This document shows, piece after piece, positions 24,071 to 29,909 of a DNA stretch of 29,909 nt; position 1 is the stretch's first letter, and each line of letters begins with the position of its first letter. A model generated the notes under the pieces. The model saw nothing but the letters and a program-made list of their open reading frames with translations. It was not told where the DNA came from and did no database searches. The translations under genes were made by a program, and so were the position numbers. The stretch lies in the IMG/VR virus record IMGVR_UViG_3300046777_000118, positions 1-29,909 of that record, one strand, 5' to 3'. The stretch comes from a virus. Lineage: Duplodnaviria; Caudoviricetes.

Positions 24071-27000
24071 ATGTCTCGCTTCCCCGGCAACATCATCAAG
24101 CTACCGAATGTAACCCCGACACAGAGCAGCGCATCGGGAGTCTGGTCACTCAAAGATCAGATGGTTTACCAGAGAAACAACCTCTGGCCGTTCCAGCGCG
24201 ATCCGTACTTCAACTACACCACACTCTTACTACAAGGCAACGTCCCTAACACGACAGGCCCACAGGCGATGACCTTGCCCCTGTCTTACAACGCAGACGC
24301 CAGTACCAATAACTTCCTTGTCACGCCTAATGGTGACGTTGGTCCTCGTCCGTTCTCGCCTTACTTTGGGGGGAATTACAGCTTCTTTACTGACAGCACT
24401 GCAAATTATCTTCAGATCCCATCGAACCCGGCCCTGGCCCTCGGAGCCTCGGACTTCTGTATTGAATACTGGGTCTATCCGACCTCAACGACCAATCGTG
24501 TCATTAGTTGGGCCGCTGCAAATTGCCCGATTATGTACATGGAGTCGGACCAGACCCTTAAGTTTGAAAACTATGGGGTGGGGTCCATCCTTCAATCGGT
24601 AGCAAAGATCCCTCTCAATCAGTGGACGCACTGCGCCGTCAGTCGCGCATCAGGCGTCAATCGAATGTTCATCAACGGCGCTCTTGTCGCCACGACTACA
24701 AACAATCAAACTTGGGGACAAGCAAACCTCAATATCGGCGTGGACATTAGTTCCAACGCAGCGAACGGATACATCTCCAATCTTCGCGTTGTAAAGGGAT
24801 CTGCCGTCTATACGGCTGCGTTTACACCTTCCACTGAACCCCTTCGGAATATCCCAAACACGATCCTTCTGACCTGCCAGTCCAACCGCTTCATTGATAA
24901 CAGCACGGCGAACAGCGGGTCTGGTTTTGCTATTACGGTCGCAGGCTCCCCCCGCATCACCGACAACAGCCCGTTTGTATCCACCGACTTCACGACCGGC
25001 GCGGGGTACTTTGATGGGAATGGGGATTATTTAAGCGCAGCTGCTAATTCGGTATTCGACATAACAGGCGACTTTACGGTTGATTCGTGGATTTATCTCA
25101 CCGCTGATCCTGCTACAAACGGAAGCGGTAACAAACTTGCGGCTATTGCTGGTTATTCAAACGGCTCAACTTCCAATGCAGGATGGGAGTTGTACGTAAA
25201 TTTCACAGGTAATACGTTGTCGATGACAAGCTGGGGAACTGTTAATGCTGCAACGTGTAGCTTCACTCCAGTAAAGAATACGTGGTATCACATCGCAATC
25301 ACAAAATCAGGGTCAACATCCAGTATTTTTGTGAACGGAGTCAGTCAAACGCTGACAGTAAACGCATTGACTATCAATGCAGGTTCTAGCCCAACGCTAA
25401 ATATAGGAAGGTCATCAGGTGCTTCAAGTTATGAAGCTTATTTTCCCGGTTACATAAGCAATTTTCGGCTTATCAAAGGCGTCGCTGTCTACACCGGCAA
25501 CTTCTCGCCCCCATCCCTAGCCAACCTCGGCAGATCTGGCGCTACATCCGTCGCAGCCTACCCCAGCACGAACAACGTCAACACGACCTTTGCTGAGTCG
25601 GCCACATCCCTCCTCACCCTCCAGACCCGCGCTCCATCCCAGAACATCAACTTCATCGACTCCAGCCCCAACGAGTTCATCGTTACAAAGAACGGCAATA
25701 CGACGCAGGGTACGTTCAGCCCATTTAGTCCTACGGGGTGGGGCAACTACTTTGATGGGGTGTCAGGCACCTACCTGAGCATTCCTCGCAATACAAACAT
25801 GCTGCCGGGAGCGAACACGGACTTCACGTTTGAGGCGTGGATATATCTGACCGCCACCCCTAGCGCAGAAGGCGCATTGATTGCCGGTCTAGGAGAGTAC
25901 GGAATTGACTCTGACTGGAATTTCTTTGTCAACTCTAGCTTGCAATTAGGCTTTTGGTTTGGCTCGGTCACATCGGCCTACTACAACACAGCACAAACTA
26001 TCTCATTAAATACGTGGACTCACGTTGCGGTTTCAAGATCCGGTACAGCAACGAACAACCTTAAGATTTTTGTTAGCGGCGTTGGGCAAAGCGCCACCCA
26101 GAATGCAACAACGGTTGGGACCGGGGGAAGAAACCTAAGCATTGGCGCTGACCAAAATGGAGACGAAACTAGGGTAACTGGATACATCTCCAATCTAAGG
26201 CTCATAAACGGTCAAGCCTTATACACAGGAAACTTCACACCTCCGACCGCTGCGTTCACTGCGACCTCTGTTGGAACCTCTGGTGCGAACGTGGCCACAT
26301 CCATTACCGGCACAGTCGCTCTATTGACCTGTCAGTCGAACCGTTTCGTTGACAACGGCCCCAGCAATCTGACGGTCACGCGGAACGGTACTGCCTCCGT
26401 ACAAGCCTTCTCTCCTTTCGCTCCTGCAAATGCTGTCAGCCCACTCGTCACAGGAGGGTCGGGGTATTTTGATGGGACGGGGGATTATTTGCAGGTTGCT
26501 GCAAACACTAACCTTAACTTTGGTACTGGCAACTTTACAGTTGAAGCGTGGGTTTATACAGCATCAACAGGAACGCTCTATTTTGTAATTGGTGATTCAA
26601 CAGGTGATGGGTTTTTTGGCTACGAGAGCGGCAACTTTACTCTCGGAAGGCGTGGTATTGCTAACGATGTAAGTACGTCTGGTTTTACCATGCCGCAGAA
26701 TCAATGGACGCATGTTGCTTTCACAAGAGCCGGTACATCAACAAATCAAACCCGTATTTTTGTGAACGGTGTTTTGCGTGGCATTGGAACTACATCACAG
26801 TCTTACAACTTCCCAACCAACATAAGTATTGTGGGTGGTACATTCGGCTCTTGGCCTGGATATTTTACAAACCTGCGGCTTGTTAAAGGCACCGTTGTAT
26901 CGGCTTACTCGACCTCAAGCACAACCGTCGGTGATGTGATCTTCTCGCCCCCAACTGCGCCTTTGACTGCGATTACAGACACCTCTCTCCTACTCAACTT

Positions 27001-27613
27001 CACGAATGGCGGGATTGTAGATGCCACTGGGAAGAATAATCTGGAGACGGTGGCAAATAGCGGGGTGCAGACATCGCAGGCAAAATGGTCTCCGGGGAGT
27101 ATGTACTTTGATGGCGGCGGTGATTGGCTTGTTGTTCCAAAGACGGGAAATTGGAGTATTGGTTCATCGGAGCCATTTACTATTGAAGCTTGGGTTTATC
27201 TTACAGCCGCGCAAGCAAACTACAGAGCAATTCTGAGTGATTACAACAGCGGCACTCCAGGATCAAGTAAATATTTGTTTATAAACTCTTCAGGCATTGA
27301 GTTTCAGTTGGGGACGACTGCTGGAACTATTGCAAGTTGTACGCAATCCTTTTCTCAAAATCAGTGGTATTACATAGCAATAACAAGAAATAGCAGCAAC
27401 GTAATTTCTATGTATGTTGACGGGACTTCTAAAACAGTTTCTCAAGCAACTCAGTCAGGCGGGTTTCTTGATGTCGGTTCATTTTTTTACGTAGGCAGAT
27501 GGGGTGGCGCAACAGCTTATGAGTGGTATGGATATATAGACGATCTTCGCATTACCAAAGGCATAGCTAGAACCATCACTGCATCTCCCACCGGACCCTT
27601 CCCACTAGGCTAA
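24071..27613 (+). CDS. Multi-LamG (about 5 domains) receptor-binding/fibre protein
   Basis: Five repeats of (YFDG.GD)YL...FT.E.W.Y...W.H.A..R...GYISN.R..KG. Confidence 0.8.
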   Translation: MSRFPGNIIKLPNVTPTQSSASGVWSLKDQMVYQRNNLWPFQRDPYFNYTTLLLQGNVPNTTGPQAMTLPLSYNADASTNNFLVTPNGDVGPRPFSPYFGGNYSFFTDSTANYLQIPSNPALALGASDFCIEYWVYPTSTTNRVISWAAANCPIMYMESDQTLKFENYGVGSILQSVAKIPLNQWTHCAVSRASGVNRMFINGALVATTTNNQTWGQANLNIGVDISSNAANGYISNLRVVKGSAVYTAAFTPSTEPLRNIPNTILLTCQSNRFIDNSTANSGSGFAITVAGSPRITDNSPFVSTDFTTGAGYFDGNGDYLSAAANSVFDITGDFTVDSWIYLTADPATNGSGNKLAAIAGYSNGSTSNAGWELYVNFTGNTLSMTSWGTVNAATCSFTPVKNTWYHIAITKSGSTSSIFVNGVSQTLTVNALTINAGSSPTLNIGRSSGASSYEAYFPGYISNFRLIKGVAVYTGNFSPPSLANLGRSGATSVAAYPSTNNVNTTFAESATSLLTLQTRAPSQNINFIDSSPNEFIVTKNGNTTQGTFSPFSPTGWGNYFDGVSGTYLSIPRNTNMLPGANTDFTFEAWIYLTATPSAEGALIAGLGEYGIDSDWNFFVNSSLQLGFWFGSVTSAYYNTAQTISLNTWTHVAVSRSGTATNNLKIFVSGVGQSATQNATTVGTGGRNLSIGADQNGDETRVTGYISNLRLINGQALYTGNFTPPTAAFTATSVGTSGANVATSITGTVALLTCQSNRFVDNGPSNLTVTRNGTASVQAFSPFAPANAVSPLVTGGSGYFDGTGDYLQVAANTNLNFGTGNFTVEAWVYTASTGTLYFVIGDSTGDGFFGYESGNFTLGRRGIANDVSTSGFTMPQNQWTHVAFTRAGTSTNQTRIFVNGVLRGIGTTSQSYNFPTNISIVGGTFGSWPGYFTNLRLVKGTVVSAYSTSSTTVGDVIFSPPTAPLTAITDTSLLLNFTNGGIVDATGKNNLETVANSGVQTSQAKWSPGSMYFDGGGDWLVVPKTGNWSIGSSEPFTIEAWVYLTAAQANYRAILSDYNSGTPGSSKYLFINSSGIEFQLGTTAGTIASCTQSFSQNQWYYIAITRNSSNVISMYVDGTSKTVSQATQSGGFLDVGSFFYVGRWGGATAYEWYGYIDDLRITKGIARTITASPTGPFPLG

Positions 27614-27615
27614 TC

Positions 27616-28614
27616 ATGTTCGGCACAGCGCCATTTGCTTCGGCACCATTTGCTGGCACCCTGACCACGGGAGGCTTTTACTCGGATGCGCTAACCGATA
27701 CCATCACGCTGACAGACTCACTAACCAACACAGGGGACTTTGCCGAGGCGCTAGTTGATAGCCTAACCCTTACTGATTCGCTCACCACACAGGCAACCCT
27801 ATCGGTCTTTACAGAGGACACCATATCACTCAGTGATACGTATACGGCAGCGGCAAGCTTTGTCGCAGCTTTGCTGGAATCGGTCTCGGTACTGGATAGC
27901 CTAACGGAAGGTCTGGATTTCTTTAATACCGTCACTGACACGATCACCCTGACGGATGCGTCAACCAACACCATCATCTACAACGACGCAACACAAGACA
28001 CCATCACGCTAACAGACAGCCTTACGAACACGGCTGACTTCGTTAACACCATCACAGATAGTCTTACCCTAGCAGATACGGTCTCAGCGGCAGCGATCTT
28101 TGTTAACGCCCTGACTGACACGATTACCGTTGCCGACTCTATATCAAGCTTTATTACTCAAGACATTTACCTTGACGACTACATCACAGTCTCAGATCTC
28201 TTTATCGGTGGGCCGCAGTACACCAATAGCTTTGCCGATTCCATCACGCTCACAACCACGCTCACCACGAGCTATGACGCTTACCCCAGCCTTGCCGAAT
28301 CCATCACGCTAGCAGACACCTACGCGGCTGGGCTTAACTTTATCTCTGCGCTTGCAGATAGCATTACCGTTGCAGATAGCATCGTCACAGCAGGAAACAC
28401 CTTCTCAGTCACCCTGTCAGATACGATTACGGTGGAGGATGCCATTAGCGGCGGCATCGTATTGAATGACTCCATCTTGGAAACGCTCTCGGTCTTTGCT
28501 ACAGTCAACGGGTATTTCTTCTGGCAAGACATTGACGATACGCAGTTTGCCAACTGGACGCAGATTAACAACGTGCAAAGCGCCGGATGGGTGCTGATTA
28601 ACACCAATAGTTAG
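27616..28614 (+). CDS. Acidic Thr/Asp-rich 20-aa repeat protein (virion fibre component)
   Basis: About 14 repeats of a 20-aa unit with core D[TS]ITL.D; no K, R, H or C residues. Confidence 0.7.
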   Translation: MFGTAPFASAPFAGTLTTGGFYSDALTDTITLTDSLTNTGDFAEALVDSLTLTDSLTTQATLSVFTEDTISLSDTYTAAASFVAALLESVSVLDSLTEGLDFFNTVTDTITLTDASTNTIIYNDATQDTITLTDSLTNTADFVNTITDSLTLADTVSAAAIFVNALTDTITVADSISSFITQDIYLDDYITVSDLFIGGPQYTNSFADSITLTTTLTTSYDAYPSLAESITLADTYAAGLNFISALADSITVADSIVTAGNTFSVTLSDTITVEDAISGGIVLNDSILETLSVFATVNGYFFWQDIDDTQFANWTQINNVQSAGWVLINTNS

Positions 28615-28622
28615 GATCAAGC

Positions 28623-29594
28623 ATGAGTACCTACTCAACCAACCTCAAAGTTCAACTCATCGGTACCGGCGAAGAAAGTGGCACCTGGGGTACGGTCACT
28701 AACAACGCGTTCTCTAACGTCTTTGAACAGGCGATTGTCGGCTACGCGACAGTTAATTTCGCTTCAGACGCTAATACATCTCTCACGCTAGCAGACGGTA
28801 ACTCCAGCCAAACATCACGTAACCTGTACTTAAACCTCACTTCATCTACGTCGCTGTCCGCCACACGCAACCTCGTTATCCCTAACAACCAAACTGGCAC
28901 CGGCCCCATACAGAAGCTGTACATCATTAAGAATGCAACAACGGGTTCTCAGTCCATACAAGTCATAGGCGCATCAGGCACGGGGATCACAATCCCCAAC
29001 GGCGTGACCATGATGGTCTACAGCAACGGTACCAACGTTGTTGACGTAGCGACTTATTTTTCTTCACTGACGCTTGGCACACCCCTTCCGGTGGCTAGTG
29101 GCGGGACAGGAACTACGTCAACAACAGGTTCAGGGTCGGTTGTTTTTTCTACCTCACCTACGCTAACTACTCCGCGTCTCTTAGGGTCAAGTACTGGATA
29201 CTCAACATTTGCAAGTGCTAATTCAAGCGCAACTAACTACACAATTACTTTCCCCGCTGAGACTATGACGACGGGTTTTAGGAATATTCCTAATACAGGG
29301 ACCAAAACCTCAAGCTATACCCTTGCAGTGGGCGATGTTGGTAAGTATGTTCAATTAGGGTCTGGTGGATCTATCGTTGTGCCAAATAGCACATTTGCTG
29401 ACGGTGATGTTGTTTCCATTATTAACACCAACACAACAAGCATTACGATGACATTTAACATCACGACCGCAAACATATCTGGGTCAACTGTTAATAAAGG
29501 TGGTGGCAGTACCATAACGCTTGCTGCAAGAGGTCTTGCGTCTATTGTGTTTTATTCCTCTACAGCGTGTGTAGTTACTGGAGCAATTTCATGA
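28623..29594 (+). CDS. Tail fibre-like protein
   Basis: MSTYSTNL...GE.SGTWG..TN N-terminus; LPVASGGTG motif; YTL..GD.GK C-terminal domain. Confidence 0.7.
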   Translation: MSTYSTNLKVQLIGTGEESGTWGTVTNNAFSNVFEQAIVGYATVNFASDANTSLTLADGNSSQTSRNLYLNLTSSTSLSATRNLVIPNNQTGTGPIQKLYIIKNATTGSQSIQVIGASGTGITIPNGVTMMVYSNGTNVVDVATYFSSLTLGTPLPVASGGTGTTSTTGSGSVVFSTSPTLTTPRLLGSSTGYSTFASANSSATNYTITFPAETMTTGFRNIPNTGTKTSSYTLAVGDVGKYVQLGSGGSIVVPNSTFADGDVVSIINTNTTSITMTFNITTANISGSTVNKGGGSTITLAARGLASIVFYSSTACVVTGAIS

Positions 29595-29909
29595 CGGGCG
29601 CTGTTCAAGTTGTAGCTGGTTCTTCAGTTAGCACTGCGGCTGCTGAAGATGCTGTTTATACGTCTCCAGGAACTTACACCTTTATACCTGAAGCAGGTGT
29701 TACATCAGTATGTGTAGTTTGTGTTGGCGGTGGAGGTAATGATGGCGGCGGTGGTGGTGGTTTAGGTTGGAAAAACAACATTACTGTTGTTCCTGGCAAC
29801 TCCTACACCGTTGTCGTTGGCGGATCTGGGGGTACTAGCTATTTTATAAATACTAGTACTTGTGCTGGGTATGGAAATGGCGGAGGTTATGTTGGTACCG
29901 GAGGTGGTT
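29591..29909 (+). CDS. Glycine-rich domain tail protein (partial)
   Basis: Not in the ORF track. MTGAVQVV...PGTYTF.P.AGVTSVCVVCVGGGG..GGGGGGLGWKNNI.V.PG.SY.V.VG; ATGA overlap; open to the window end. Confidence 0.75.
   Translation, partial: MTGAVQVVAGSSVSTAAAEDAVYTSPGTYTFIPEAGVTSVCVVCVGGGGNDGGGGGGLGWKNNITVVPGNSYTVVVGGSGGTSYFINTSTCAGYGNGGGYVGTGGG

Noticed and set aside
21558-27613. Diversity-generating retroelement acting on the lectin genes
   Set aside because: No reverse transcriptase and no ~100-bp repeat pair differing only at adenines was seen in the window.
307-28927. Numerous antisense and alternate-frame ORFs in the six-frame track
   Set aside because: They lie within or opposite well-supported genes and lack RBSs and recognisable motifs.

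Overview
The window is a fragment of a tailed dsDNA phage genome (Caudoviricetes). It is probably podovirus-like, since it has a large portal and no tape-measure or sheath gene within the window; no host genes or integrase are visible. The left ~5.1 kb is a minus-strand early region: small hypothetical genes, a NinX/DUF2591-like gene, a candidate replication origin and a MoxR-type AAA ATPase / DUF3150-like / HExxH metallopeptidase operon, punctuated by a repeated GGGGAC-N-GTCCCC hairpin. From ~5.55 kb a plus-strand morphogenesis region runs through terminase subunits, portal, GroES-like co-chaperonin, scaffold, capsid, a free-standing HNH endonuclease, small basic proteins, head-tail adaptors and many fibre/LamG receptor-binding proteins. 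The most striking unexplained feature is a candidate ~80-nt small RNA (promoter and terminator both visible, ~5405-5484, minus strand). It is transcribed divergently from the terminase promoter and is complementary over 22 of 26 nt to the RBS and start codon of the phage's own AAA-ATPase operon 3 kb away. Other notable signals are a double-pseudoknot leader after the HNH gene, a synonymously recoded capsid 3' end next to the HNH gene, and a sharply AT-rich ATPase half of terL. All family assignments come from motif recognition by eye, not database searches.
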